A DNA stretch of 64,000 nucleotides from an uncultured Chloroflexia bacterium (GCA_963797095.1 CAWCNY010000006.1:192001-256000), one strand, 5' to 3'; counted from the stretch's first letter, positions 29,845 through 40,208 are shown. Translations and numbers: made by a program. The notes: generated from the sequence alone by a model not told the origin.

Positions 29845-30642
29845 ATGAATGTGATCAGCATGAATGGGACCGGGCCAAGCTACAACGGCCCGGCGATAGC
29901 ATCGCAGGGGTTGCGTAAAACGTACGGCCAATTCCTGGCGGTGAAAGATTTGAACCTGGCGATCAGGCAAGGTGAGATAGTGGGCTTCCTGGGACCGAAC
30001 GGCGCGGGCAAGACCACCACGCTCAAGATGCTGACCGGGCTGCTGAAGCCGACGGCGGGCACGGCACAGATCATGGGCCACGATATTCAGAACGATTCTG
30101 TGGCCGCTAAATCGCAACTCGGGTATGTGCCGGACACGCCCAATCTATACGGCAAATTGAGCGGCTGGGAGTTTTTGCGCTTCATGGCGCGATTGTACAG
30201 AGTGCCGACCGAGCAGGCCGAGCGGCGTGCGGGTGAGCTATTGCGGCTGTTCGAGCTTTATGACGCAGCGTCGGATATGGTCGAGGGGTACAGCCACGGC
30301 ATGCAGCAGAAGATGGCGCTGGCGGGGGCGTTGATACACGACCCGAAGGTGCTGTTCCTGGACGAGCCGACGGTGGGACTCGATCCGCGCTCGGCGCGCT
30401 TGATCAAGGATTTGTTGGTGCAGTTGCGCGACCGGGGAGCGGCGGTGTTCTTTTCGACGCATATCCTGGAGATCGCGGAGCGAATGTGCGACCGCGTGAT
30501 GATCATCAACAATGGAGAGATCGTAGCGGCAGGCACGATGGCCGAACTGAGGCAGATGCGGGGCGAAGGCTCGCTCGAAGACATATTCTTGAGTGTGACG
30601 GGCGGGGCGGAATACGCCGAGATCGCGGATGTGTTGAAGTGA
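29845..30642 (+). CDS. ABC transporter ATP-binding protein
   Basis: GPNGAGKTT, YSHGMQQK, LFLDEPTVGLDP, STH. Start codon uncertain. Confidence 0.93.
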   Translation: MNVISMNGTGPSYNGPAIASQGLRKTYGQFLAVKDLNLAIRQGEIVGFLGPNGAGKTTTLKMLTGLLKPTAGTAQIMGHDIQNDSVAAKSQLGYVPDTPNLYGKLSGWEFLRFMARLYRVPTEQAERRAGELLRLFELYDAASDMVEGYSHGMQQKMALAGALIHDPKVLFLDEPTVGLDPRSARLIKDLLVQLRDRGAAVFFSTHILEIAERMCDRVMIINNGEIVAAGTMAELRQMRGEGSLEDIFLSVTGGAEYAEIADVLK

Positions 30643-30649
30643 TTGTGAG

Positions 30650-32374
30650 ATGAAGATCCTATTTTCGGATACATGGTTGTTGATATCGCTGCGCTGGCAT
30701 ATTACCTGGAACACGTTCAGGCACCGGAATGTGGCCGCGCAGATATTCTCGTTGCTGGGTGGCCTGTTGGTTGCGGCGCTGGTCGGGTTTGGTTTCGCAG
30801 GGTTAGGTTTTGGGCTTGGGGTGGTATTGACGGCATTGCCCGACCCGGACCTGGCGGCGCTGTTGCCTGGCGCATTGCTGACGGTGCTTTCGCTGATCAT
30901 GCTGTTGACAAGCTTCGGGGTGGCGCTTGGCACGCTTTTCCTCGCGAACGACCTTGAATTGCTGATGGCCGCGCCCGTGGATAGGCGCGCGGTGTTCCTG
31001 AGCAAGCTGCTGGATGGTATGGTTCCAAACTACGGTATCCTGGTGGCGATGGCGCTGCCTGCGCTCACGACGTTCGGGATCGCGCAGGGGTGGGGACCTC
31101 TCTATTACCTGCTGGTGCTATTGACGCTGGTGGTGCTGCCGTTGCTGCCCGCAGGGCTTGGCGCGCTGCTGGTGCTGCTGGTGGCGCGGGTGGCACCTGT
31201 GCGCAGGCTGAGGGAGATACTGGGCTTCGTGGGCGCGTTGTTCGGTATAAGCTGCGGCCTGATCTCACAGACCCTGCGTTTCTGGCTGCCCGACATGGTG
31301 GAACAACCAGGCTCGCCGCCGCCTGACCCGCAGGCCCTGTTGGACAGCGTGCGCGGCTGGGCGAGCGTGCCGATACCGACCTTGATGGCGGGGCGCGGGC
31401 TGGCCTCGGCGGGGCTGGGCGACTGGGGCATGCTGGTGGTATCGTATGGCGGGTTCTTCGTGCTGACGGTTGGGTTCTTCGTGGGGTGCGTGTGGGTGGC
31501 AGACCGGTTGTATGCTGCGGGCTGGGTGCGGATGCAGAGCAGCGGAAGCGCCAAGCGCGGCAAAGCGCGGTCGGCGAAGGCCGCCGCCAACGCGGGCTGG
31601 CTGGGGAGCGCCCCTGCCTGGTTTGCCATCGCTCTGAAGGATTGGAAGGTCATCCCGCGTGACCTGCGCAATTTCGCGCAATTGCTGGCTCCTATTGCGC
31701 TGCTGCCGTTCGTCTTTTTCGGGATCATCGCGGGCAACGACAGCACTAGGAGCGGGCCTAACCGCAACCCGCTGGAGGGGGCCGATCAGTTATCTCAGGG
31801 CGCGGTTGGTGTGTTTTTGGCGGCCGGTATTCTGGTGGCAGTGCTGTTTGTGTTCGGGAGAGTGGCCGAGACAAGCGTCAGTATAGAGGGGAAATCGTGG
31901 TGGCTGATGAAGGCCGCGCCGATATCGCCCTGGGAGGTGCTGCTGGGCAAGTTCGTGGCAGCAGCTATCCCCTATGTAATAGTAAGCCTGGTATTTATGG
32001 TAGCTGCCGAGATATGGCGCGGTTTTGACCCTGTATGGTTTGCGTACGGGTTGTTCGGGGTCGAGATGCTTGGAGTTGGTTTGCTGGCGGTGGCGGTCGG
32101 GTTATCGGTGCCGTGGGCGAAACTGGATTGGGACGACCCGAGGCGAATGCTGCCCTGGCAGACCGCGATCCTGACGATGGTGGCCTGGATGGTGATAGGG
32201 TTGCTGGCGGGTGGGCTGCTCTGCTTGCCTTTCTTCGTTGACTTGTTCAACCCTGGCGTGGTGGGGGTGTTGATGCCCATGGGCGCGCTGCTGTCGACCA
32301 TGTTGATGGGTGGGGTGGCTTATGGGGCGCTGCGCCTGGGAACGCTGCAACTTGGCAATATCGACGAGCCTTAG
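30650..32374 (+). CDS. ABC-2-type exporter permease (duplicated, multi-TM)
   Basis: About 12-14 TM segments, DLELLMAAPV and EGKSWWLMKAAPIS motifs, adjacent to the ATPase. Confidence 0.85.
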   Translation: MKILFSDTWLLISLRWHITWNTFRHRNVAAQIFSLLGGLLVAALVGFGFAGLGFGLGVVLTALPDPDLAALLPGALLTVLSLIMLLTSFGVALGTLFLANDLELLMAAPVDRRAVFLSKLLDGMVPNYGILVAMALPALTTFGIAQGWGPLYYLLVLLTLVVLPLLPAGLGALLVLLVARVAPVRRLREILGFVGALFGISCGLISQTLRFWLPDMVEQPGSPPPDPQALLDSVRGWASVPIPTLMAGRGLASAGLGDWGMLVVSYGGFFVLTVGFFVGCVWVADRLYAAGWVRMQSSGSAKRGKARSAKAAANAGWLGSAPAWFAIALKDWKVIPRDLRNFAQLLAPIALLPFVFFGIIAGNDSTRSGPNRNPLEGADQLSQGAVGVFLAAGILVAVLFVFGRVAETSVSIEGKSWWLMKAAPISPWEVLLGKFVAAAIPYVIVSLVFMVAAEIWRGFDPVWFAYGLFGVEMLGVGLLAVAVGLSVPWAKLDWDDPRRMLPWQTAILTMVAWMVIGLLAGGLLCLPFFVDLFNPGVVGVLMPMGALLSTMLMGGVAYGALRLGTLQLGNIDEP

Positions 32375-32385
32375 GCTCGGCGGAG

Positions 32386-34242
32386 CTATTTGGCCAGGGC
32401 AGCTTTTTTGTCTTTCCGCTTGTGGCCGTTGGTGGCTGCGGAAATGGCCTGAGCCTCTTCCATGGCCTCAAGCTCCATGGTGAAGATGCGGCGCACTATG
32501 GCTACCGAGGTGGCGTAGGCGGAGTCCATACCGAGGTAGGCGAGGCGGATCGCGCCCAGGTTTTTGCCACGGGTGTAAGGGGTGTCTGAGCCGTAGTGGA
32601 GGAAGCCGAGGTCAATGGGGAGCCTGGAAAAGTTGATGTGCTCGCCGTTGGGGTAGCGGGTGGGGTAGGTGTACTCGTAGACGGCGTTGAGGTAGGGGCC
32701 TGCCTCCATTTCGACCACCGTGTAGTTGTCCTTGTAGTAGGAGTCGAGGTAGGGGCGGTTCTGGAGGTAGGTGCCTTTGACGGTGACGGCCTTCTGGTTG
32801 TCGAGCACGGAGCCGTAGGCCAGGAAGGGGGAGACATCGGCGGCGGTGAAGCAGTTGTCGAGCCAGTAGGTGTTCTGGGTGTGCTCATCGAAGACGGAGT
32901 TGCTGATCATGACATCGCCGATGCGCCCGTTGAGGGTGGCGGCTTTGCCGAGCACGTAGACGCCCTTGACGTTCTCAAGGCTCTCGGCGACCTGCACGAA
33001 GATGTAGTAGGCGGCGAGGCCGAGGGGATAGTCGATGTTGAGGATGATGGCGCGGCTCTTTTTGAGGCGCTCTATGCCTTCGACGCCGAGGCGGGGGTCG
33101 AATCCTGAGGTGTCGAGGCGAGCTAGCTCGATCACCTGGGCGTCGATGGGCATGCCCTCTTTGGTGGGGATGTAGTGGATGCCCTGTTCTTCTTCTTCTT
33201 TGGGCTTGCGCTTGAGGGCATCACGTCCCTTGTCGGTCTCGGTGAAGTAGAGGCGGGAGGCGTAGTAGAGCATGTTCTCGATGGGGGCGCGGACCTGCTT
33301 TTTGACTAGCTTGTTGTATTCGACGAGAAGCTCAGGGTCGCTTGAGCGGCGGATGAACTCCTCGATGCCCTGACGAGCGCGGGGGATGGTGCCGCTGACG
33401 AGGTTGGTGAGGGCGTGGGTGTTGGAGGAGACGAAGTAGACGGGGCGGTCGGCTAGATCGCGGCTTTCGAGGAGTTTCTTGATGGGGGCCCACCACTCCT
33501 CGGTGGCCTTGGCGTAGCCTATGTAGGTGCCTCCCAGCATGCGGACGGTGAAGCTTTTTTCGTCTTTTGCCATGGCCCTGAGGTTGTCCCAGGTGCCTTC
33601 GCCCCATACAGCCTGGAGGCGCACCCAATCTTCCATGCTGACGAGGAGGCGCGATTGGAGCACGCGCATCACCTCGTTGTAGAGGGCGGGGGGCATGGTG
33701 TCGATGGATGTGAGTAGCTCGATGGTGTTGGGGTCGGAGTTGAGTAGCTCGTGGAATTTGTTCCATTCGATCTGGAAGCCGGTGAGGGTTGGGATCAGGT
33801 CGTCTACGTCGCTGATGGAGGAGACGTAGACGGCGAGGGTTTCTTTGCCGTCCCAGAACCATCGCCTGCGCCTGCCGGGGGAGCTAACGGGATCCCACTT
33901 TTCGACGGGGAAGCCCTGGCGGTGGAATACTTCCGCCGATTGGCCGAGGAGGACGCGGCGCACGCGCATGATGCTGGCAGGCAGCCGTTGCACGCAGTAG
34001 AGGAAAGCTGACATGTCTGGCTCGATGCCGCGAGCGTTGACGTGCAAGGCGGAATCGGCGTTGAGGTGGGCCTGTACAAGGGCTTTGACTTTTACTTCGC
34101 CCGACGAGCGCAACATGGTGGTGTAGGTGCGGATGTAGACTTCTACATCCTGCTTGGTGGCGGGGTAGATGTCCTGGTGATCTACGGCACCATCGCCTTC
34201 GGGGAGGTGTCTGGGGTCCTCCATTTCTATCAAGTTGTCCAT
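32386..34242 (-). CDS. Conserved protein (DUF6909-like) with a nucleoside phosphorylase-like C-terminus
   Basis: YIRTYTTMLRSSGE, NIDYPLGLAAY, GKAATLNGRIGDVMI, GTYLQN, VEMEAGPY, SDTP. Strong codon bias and AGGAG RBS. Confidence 0.7.
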   Translation of the reverse strand: MDNLIEMEDPRHLPEGDGAVDHQDIYPATKQDVEVYIRTYTTMLRSSGEVKVKALVQAHLNADSALHVNARGIEPDMSAFLYCVQRLPASIMRVRRVLLGQSAEVFHRQGFPVEKWDPVSSPGRRRRWFWDGKETLAVYVSSISDVDDLIPTLTGFQIEWNKFHELLNSDPNTIELLTSIDTMPPALYNEVMRVLQSRLLVSMEDWVRLQAVWGEGTWDNLRAMAKDEKSFTVRMLGGTYIGYAKATEEWWAPIKKLLESRDLADRPVYFVSSNTHALTNLVSGTIPRARQGIEEFIRRSSDPELLVEYNKLVKKQVRAPIENMLYYASRLYFTETDKGRDALKRKPKEEEEQGIHYIPTKEGMPIDAQVIELARLDTSGFDPRLGVEGIERLKKSRAIILNIDYPLGLAAYYIFVQVAESLENVKGVYVLGKAATLNGRIGDVMISNSVFDEHTQNTYWLDNCFTAADVSPFLAYGSVLDNQKAVTVKGTYLQNRPYLDSYYKDNYTVVEMEAGPYLNAVYEYTYPTRYPNGEHINFSRLPIDLGFLHYGSDTPYTRGKNLGAIRLAYLGMDSAYATSVAIVRRIFTMELEAMEEAQAISAATNGHKRKDKKAALAK

Positions 34243-34298
34243 ATTGTTCCTTCTCCTATGGTCTTTTTCACTTCTGCTGATTCTTGTTATTACCTGCC

Positions 34299-34327
34299 AT
34301 TATATTGTTTGTCGCGGGTTGCGTCAA
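34299..34327 (-). promoter_or_regulatory. sigma70 promoter of the DUF6909-like gene
   Basis: Minus strand TTGACG-17 bp-TATAAT. Confidence 0.75.
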
Positions 34328-34624
34328 AGTGTTTGAGAGTTTCGTAAGGTGGTACTTTGGTACAGCAGGCGATCAGAATTTTGAGTGGTCGAAGGGAGGA
34401 TGGTTGGATTCCCCTCTCATTAACTAAGTGGCAGATGGGGGGCAAAACTGGACTCTTTTTAGGGTGTACTTTAGTACAGTTTTTTGGAGTGCGGAGTGCA
34501 GGGTGGCTTCCGCAGACTGGCCATCGTTATGAGCGACGGCTGGACATTCACAAGGCGTTCCTGATTCTTGCTGTGCCTTATCTGCCGGCTTTATCTAATA
34601 TGAGGTTTTGAAATCAATTCTTAG

Positions 34625-36436
34625 CTTATGATTTAACCGTCACGAAACCGGCAAGAGCTTGATCGACTTTTGCCGATACCTTAACAACCAACTACCAAAC
34701 GCTCAAATTGCCACCGATGGCCCGCTCATGTACGCTCATGCAGCCTTTTTGATGGCTGGATAGCGTCGAGCGGGCCCTGAACGTCGTCCCTTGGGTCTGC
34801 CAGGCGAGCGTCCACACGGTTTTGGCAACTTCGCCGGAGTACCCACCTCTAGCAGAAGTGTCCAAAACCTCCGCCTCACTCGGTAAGGAGTCAGCTTGCC
34901 TGCCTCAAGTGGTCTCTCCCAGGGCAGACGTTGGTCAGTCACGCAGCTTCTGGCAAGACGCAGTTGAGTGTAAGCGGCGATAATAAGCCAGCTCCAACGG
35001 TCGGCTTGCTGAGGTAGTCGAACGCGAGGCACCGTCCAGTTGAGGGTTTGTTTGATGAAGCGGAAGGTGTGTTCCAAGATGAAGATGAAGCGGAAGGTGT
35101 GTTCCAAGATGAAGATGAAGCGGAAGGTGTGTTCCAAGATGAAGATGAAGCGGAAGGTGTGTTCCAAGATGAAGATGAAGCGGAAGGTGTGTTCCAAGAT
35201 GAAGATGAAGATGAAGGTGTGTTCCAAGACGAAGCGTCTGACATAGGAACGCCAGAGCATATCTAACAGATCCAAGCCTGGCTCATTTGCGTCAGGGCCT
35301 GAGTACCACAACCAAAGCACCTGTGGCTCTCGCGTCTTTCTGGGCAGCCGAGAGACTTCAACCAGCACCAACATGCCCTTAGATATAGGTCGGGGTTGGC
35401 GGGGTTGGCGGGGTTGGCGGGTGCCATGAGTGGGGTGGTTTTGGGTCTTGGGGTGCAAGCCACACCACGCTCGCACCCTCACACTTCCGTATTGACTATC
35501 CTCGCATCAATGCTCAAGGGTGGGAGTGGGCCAGGTGGCCGGGTTGTAGCACTCGAACTTGCGACCATGCCGACGTGGGCGACCACCCAAAGTGCCCCGT
35601 CCAGTGCCACACTCAGCAGGGGAAAGGGGGTCTGCATAGAAGCAACGACCACAGCGCAACCTAACCAGGATAGAAACAGAAGCCGCCAAGTCAGGGTTAT
35701 CAGAGTTGGCAAGCTCTTCAGCCAGTTGCACCGGATCGTACCCGGCATCAAATGCGAATAGAGGTGTTAGAGCGGTTGGAGAGGCAGCTTGTTGATCTGT
35801 GTCCAGCTCCGGACCGAGCGAAGCAAGCATTTGCCCGATCTGCTGTACAGCAACCACGTGGAGGTTCTCATTGGGGTGAACACGACGCACATCGAGAGGC
35901 GCAGTCCAGCTATCGCGGGTAAAACCGAGCTGAGCGATCCATTGATAAGCCCAACCAGCCACGATGGGCTGACCGGCCGAGTGGCGAGAGGGGTGGTAGT
36001 AGAAGCCTCGATCTGGGCTTGCTTCGGCATCACACCGCGGCCATACGCTGACATCTACTGCGTAGACTGTTCTAGAGTTTGAGTTATCCATGTCCAAAGG
36101 GTGCAGTGGGTGCTCAGCAAGCAGGGTTCTGAGGCGATCAACATCGATTTGACCTTCGGAGAGGGCCGCGTACAGGCTACCCCAGCCCCGCCGATGCACT
36201 GGCTCAAGGCTCAGTTGCACCGGAGATGGCAGAGGCCCGCCCGTTATGATAGCATCGGTAAGCTCAAACAGAGCATCGGCTCGTTTGGAAAAACAAGCAT
36301 AGAGGGAAGCGCGAAATGTAGCCAAAGCATCAAGAGAGTACAGAGCGTTGGATTCCATAGCGAATCCAGTATGCTCCCTCTCTCGCAAAATGACCACCTT
36401 ACCTGCCAATTGCCACCCTCCTGGCTAAATCATAAG
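34625..36436 (-). mobile_element. IS701-like element with frameshifted transposase (36409..35507 and about 35482..34736)
   Basis: RADALFELTDA, HRRGWGSLYAAL, AVDVSVWPRCDAE, GQPIVAGWAYQW, FDAGYD, RRF.LEHTFRF.KQTL.W, PKPCGRSPGRPKG. TIR CTTATGATTTA(A/G)CC at both ends, CTTAG flanking duplication. Confidence 0.85.
35054..35233. repeat. 30-bp tandem repeat, 6 copies, inside the transposase
   Basis: GATGAAGCGGAAGGTGTGTTCCAAGATGAA x5 exact plus 1 variant, no spacers. Confidence 0.95.
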
Positions 36437-36440
36437 CTTA

Positions 36441-37727
36441 GGAGCCTTCCGCAGATAAGGTGATCAAAGTAGCTGAGGCTTGATAGTGTAGTTCCATTCC
36501 CCGTGGAAGGCATCTTTGAACAGATTGAGGGCAGCCACTTGCTCATCAGTGACCTTGATCCCTGTCGGATATGCATGGCTGTCCTTGAGCGCCCTCACCA
36601 CTAACCCCTCTTGGGTGGTAGTATGCGAGATCAGTTCCAACACCACTTCCATAGACGTGAGCGGGGTGGCCCGCCAATTTATTGATATGTACGAAAACAC
36701 TCGATGCTCTATCTTGTTCCATTTGCTGGTAGCAGGGGGATAATGCGCCACCGTGATGGCCAGTTGTTCTTCATTGGCCAGTGCCTGTAGCTTTTGCTTC
36801 CACAGGCGGTTTCTCACCCCATTGGAGCCTCCTCCATCAGCGGTGATCAGCAGTTCCTTTTTGCCTGGATAGAGGGTTTTGCCCCACTTCTGCCACCACC
36901 TGCGGATACTCTCCACCGCAAACTCAGCCGTATCATGGTCAATACCCACATTCACAAACCCCACGTTCACAAACCCCACGTTATGCACCAGGTCATATAT
37001 CCCGTAGGGGATGGCCTTGCCATCGGCCAGGGAAACAAAGTCATACACCGATACCACCCTCTCTTCCCCTTGAGCCTGCCATTCCCGTCCGTTGTTCCTG
37101 AACTGGCCTATCAACTCCTTCTTCTTGCAGTCAACGGAGATGATAGGAGCGCCTTTGTGTTCAAACTCTTTGCACCGAGCGTTGATGTGAGTAAATTGCT
37201 CATCCCGGTCAGGGTGCGATTGGCCTTCGATATTCTTCTTGTTGACGCGCAGAGAAAATCTCTGCTCGTGCAGCAATTCGGCCAGTGCTGACTTCTTGAT
37301 GTGATGCCCTTTGCCTTCAAGGGCTTGCACCAGGTGTGCCAACGATTTGGTGGTCCATCGTACAAGGCTCATCGGGTCACCCTTGGGTTCCAATTCCCTC
37401 TCCAGATCGGGGAGCAGGGTGGGATCGGTCTGTGCAAGCTTTTTCATGCCCCCACCAGGCTTGCGGATGCGTTCTCCTGGTTGATAGTTGTCCCCTGCCT
37501 CCCGTTCTTTCAGACCCCGCTTGACCGTGTTGAGGGATACCCCTGCCTCCCGAGCTACTGTGCTGGTGCTTCCTCTGCGTTGAGCCTCGGCTGCCAGGTA
37601 CTGTCTCCACTGCTTCTCATTTAGCAGTGTCCGAAGCTGTTGGTATTCTTGTTCGGTCGAGAGCTTTTCCATACTCTCTATCTTCGCATATCTCCCTCTC
37701 TATGTCAACTAATTCTCGGAAGGCTCC
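36441..37727 (-). mobile_element. ISAzo13-family element
   Basis: TIR GGAGCCTTCCG at 36441 and 37727, TTA duplication at 36438-36440 / 37728-37730. Confidence 0.9.
36464..37672 (-). CDS. ISAzo13-family transposase
   Basis: GDPMS.VRWTTKS, HPDRDEQF, ISVDCKKKELIG, ITADGGGSNG, SKWNKIEHR, FHGEWNYTI. Confidence 0.93.
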   Translation of the reverse strand: MEKLSTEQEYQQLRTLLNEKQWRQYLAAEAQRRGSTSTVAREAGVSLNTVKRGLKEREAGDNYQPGERIRKPGGGMKKLAQTDPTLLPDLERELEPKGDPMSLVRWTTKSLAHLVQALEGKGHHIKKSALAELLHEQRFSLRVNKKNIEGQSHPDRDEQFTHINARCKEFEHKGAPIISVDCKKKELIGQFRNNGREWQAQGEERVVSVYDFVSLADGKAIPYGIYDLVHNVGFVNVGFVNVGIDHDTAEFAVESIRRWWQKWGKTLYPGKKELLITADGGGSNGVRNRLWKQKLQALANEEQLAITVAHYPPATSKWNKIEHRVFSYISINWRATPLTSMEVVLELISHTTTQEGLVVRALKDSHAYPTGIKVTDEQVAALNLFKDAFHGEWNYTIKPQLL

Positions 37728-37839
37728 TTAGTACTATCGGCTAGTATCTTTGTGTATATTCACTATTGATAAGAATCGTCACCCGGTGTCTGATTACAGC
37801 GCACTCACTCTTGGACGTGCTGCTCACCTTGGAGAGTAG

Positions 37840-38123
37840 ACCAACTCTACGAAGTGTCTTGGGGTATAGCCGCTGCACGCTCTATTCCTCAGATTTACAT
37901 GGCACAGGCTGCCAGAGACTGGTATACAGTAAAACGCTGGGCGTTTGAGAATAATCACATCATGCAATTTGCTGGAGAAACAACACAGTGTGGCAAATAT
38001 GACTGCCATTCTCCCCACTTTAATTGGGCACAAGCCTGGCAGGTATTCTGGTTGGAACTCAATGCAGATGAGAGGTCCGGATTCCAAGAAACTTTCGACT
38101 ACTCAACTGACATTTGGCCGTGA
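37840..38123 (+). pseudogene. C-terminal remnant of a probable secreted protein
   Basis: SWG.AAA.SIPQIY...W...TQC...AQAWQVFWLELNAD...STDIWP-stop. The 5' part is lost next to the IS pair. Confidence 0.45.
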
Positions 38124-38198
38124 AATTGTATTTGTGGAATTGTATATTGATCACAAATGCGCCAAGCTTCAACGTTCCCAATAATGGAGGGAAATCCC

Positions 38199-38855
38199 AT
38201 GGATCGCTACACAGCTCATGTGCATGAATGGTCTTTGTTAGTCTTGGTTCTATGTTGTACATTGCTAGTCGTCGGTCTCTTGAGTGCCTGCTCTAATGAA
38301 AGCCAGCATGTAGTGGGGCTCACTTCCCCCGCTACCAGTACATTACGGGGAAGTACTCGCACTGTCGGGATGGGAGCCACATTTACGCCTAATGAGAAGC
38401 AAACCTCTGATACGCGTGTGGCACAGTTCGATGCTACAATCGCCGCACAGGTTACACTTTCCCCACGCCCAACTGCGCATCATGGACCAATCTACTCAGA
38501 GAGTCCCATACCTACTCCCACCTGGGCTGTGGGTTATTTTCCAGGCCCTCGACCAGAGAATACCTTCAATCCAGAGTACTTCACCTGTTGGTATGGTGCC
38601 CTGAACGACAAACTGTTATCAATATGTGCCGGGCATGAGCAGTTTGGTGGAGACCTGGAGCAAGGCGTGATAAGAATAAGGGTGTTGGAGCAAGATCAAG
38701 TGACAGTGGTTAGCCATGACATCTACCGGACGCCAGAGAAGGTGGGGGTCGTGCACATCGTAACTGCGGACAATAACTTGGTAACTGTTGCCTCTGAAGA
38801 TGGGCAGCATATCTTTACATTCGATATTGCCACTCGCCAGTGGGTAACTCCGTAA
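38199..38855 (+). CDS. Hypothetical lipoprotein
   Basis: GGAGG RBS before MDRY, hydrophobic stretch with lipobox LLSAC, T/P-rich linker, beta-rich C-terminal domain. Confidence 0.7.
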   Translation: MDRYTAHVHEWSLLVLVLCCTLLVVGLLSACSNESQHVVGLTSPATSTLRGSTRTVGMGATFTPNEKQTSDTRVAQFDATIAAQVTLSPRPTAHHGPIYSESPIPTPTWAVGYFPGPRPENTFNPEYFTCWYGALNDKLLSICAGHEQFGGDLEQGVIRIRVLEQDQVTVVSHDIYRTPEKVGVVHIVTADNNLVTVASEDGQHIFTFDIATRQWVTP

Positions 38856-38979
38856 GAAAACCTGAGCTAACCGTTTGTCAACAAGAGTGCTTTACAAGAT
38901 AACCAACTTTCTGACTCGTAGGCGCGTAACAAAGTAATTCACCTTTAGTTGAGAGATCGGAACCCACGCTTGATTCGCT

Positions 38980-39177
38980 TCAGGTAATCTCCACCTTCAC
39001 AAGCCCCGTTTCCAGCGGCCCGGGGAGCGGTACTATCGTGCCGTCTGGTAGGGTGGCCGTCGTCGCTATACCGCGTGATACGAGGATTCCACCCTCATCG
39101 TACACGGTGGACCACACCGTGTTCGCGGTTGAAATCTGATCGGCTTGTGGCAAGGCGTCTTTGTCCAGGTTATCCAT
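38980..39177 (-). CDS. Small hypothetical protein (65 aa)
   Basis: GAGGTG RBS before ATG 39177, TATAAT upstream. Confidence 0.4.
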   Translation of the reverse strand: MDNLDKDALPQADQISTANTVWSTVYDEGGILVSRGIATTATLPDGTIVPLPGPLETGLVKVEIT

Positions 39178-39520
39178 GTAGCACCTCACAGTTTCGATTA
39201 TCAAATCCGACACTGAGCCAACATTAGCCTGATTACCTGCGTATTATAGCGCATGGACAGCACGCCCATGCGCGTCTTCTATGGCGGCAGGCGGAGCATA
39301 CTTGGCTGGAATGCGGCAATGGCTAGGGCTTGACCAGGGACTTTGCATCCCCTGTCTGAGTTGGGCGTGATGTTGTGGGGGGTCGGGGCTTCGTGGTACA
39401 ATGGCGGACGGTAAGCAAATATATAGGTCGTGCGAAATATGTCAGAATAGTGTAATACCGGGGTGGGGTTATGATGACGTATGACGCGTGTTGTTTTGCC
39501 GTGATGAGAGGGAGGGGTGC

Positions 39521-40201
39521 TTGAAGGTTTCAGTTGTCATTCCCGTATACAACGAAGAAAGCACTATACGAGAAATCGTAATGCGGGTGCAGGCGGTGCC
39601 TGTCGAGAAGGAGATAATCGTTGTGGACGATTACTCCACGGACGGCACCGAGGCGGAGTTGAAAAAGCTGGAAGCAGAAGGGGTGATAAGGCTGTTCCGG
39701 CATGCGGTGAACCAGGGGAAGGGGGCGGCCTGCCGCACCGGGATTTCGAAGGTGGCGGGCGATGTGGTTATCATACAGGACGCCGATCTGGAATACGACC
39801 CGGCGGATTACCCCGATCTGCTGGCCCCGATTGAGAAGGGGCGGGCCAAGGTGGTGTACGGCTCGCGGTTCCTGGGGCCGCACAAGGCTATGTATTTCTG
39901 GCATTCAGTGGGCAATAAGATGCTTACGCTGGTGACCAACGTTTTGTACGATACAACGCTGACCGATATGGAAACGTGCTATAAAGTGTTTACGGCAGAT
40001 ATAGCGCGCAAGCTGATGTTGAAGTCGAACAGGTGGGGATTTGACCCTGAGATCACGGCCAAGATACTGAGGATGGGCAACCGTATTTATGAAGTGCCCA
40101 TTTCGTACACAGGCCGGGAGTTCGACGAGGGGAAGAAGATATCGTGGAAAGATGGCTTCACGATCGTTTGGGTGTTGGTCAAGTACAAATTCGTAAAGTG
40201 A
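39521..40201 (+). CDS. Glycosyltransferase family 2 (polyprenol-phosphate glycosyltransferase-like)
   Basis: SVVIPVYNEE, VDDYSTDGT, NQGKGAA, IQDADLEYDP, TDMETCYK. Confidence 0.93.
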   Translation: MKVSVVIPVYNEESTIREIVMRVQAVPVEKEIIVVDDYSTDGTEAELKKLEAEGVIRLFRHAVNQGKGAACRTGISKVAGDVVIIQDADLEYDPADYPDLLAPIEKGRAKVVYGSRFLGPHKAMYFWHSVGNKMLTLVTNVLYDTTLTDMETCYKVFTADIARKLMLKSNRWGFDPEITAKILRMGNRIYEVPISYTGREFDEGKKISWKDGFTIVWVLVKYKFVK

Positions 40202-40208
40202 GTGGTGG

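Noticed and set aside
35054-35233. CRISPR array
   Set aside because: The 30-bp units are head-to-tail with no spacers, lie in frame within a transposase, and no cas genes are present.
39030-39100. Plus-strand VAVVAIPRDT resembling an LCP-family motif
   Set aside because: No surrounding LCP motifs or start. The opposite strand has a better-supported small ORF.
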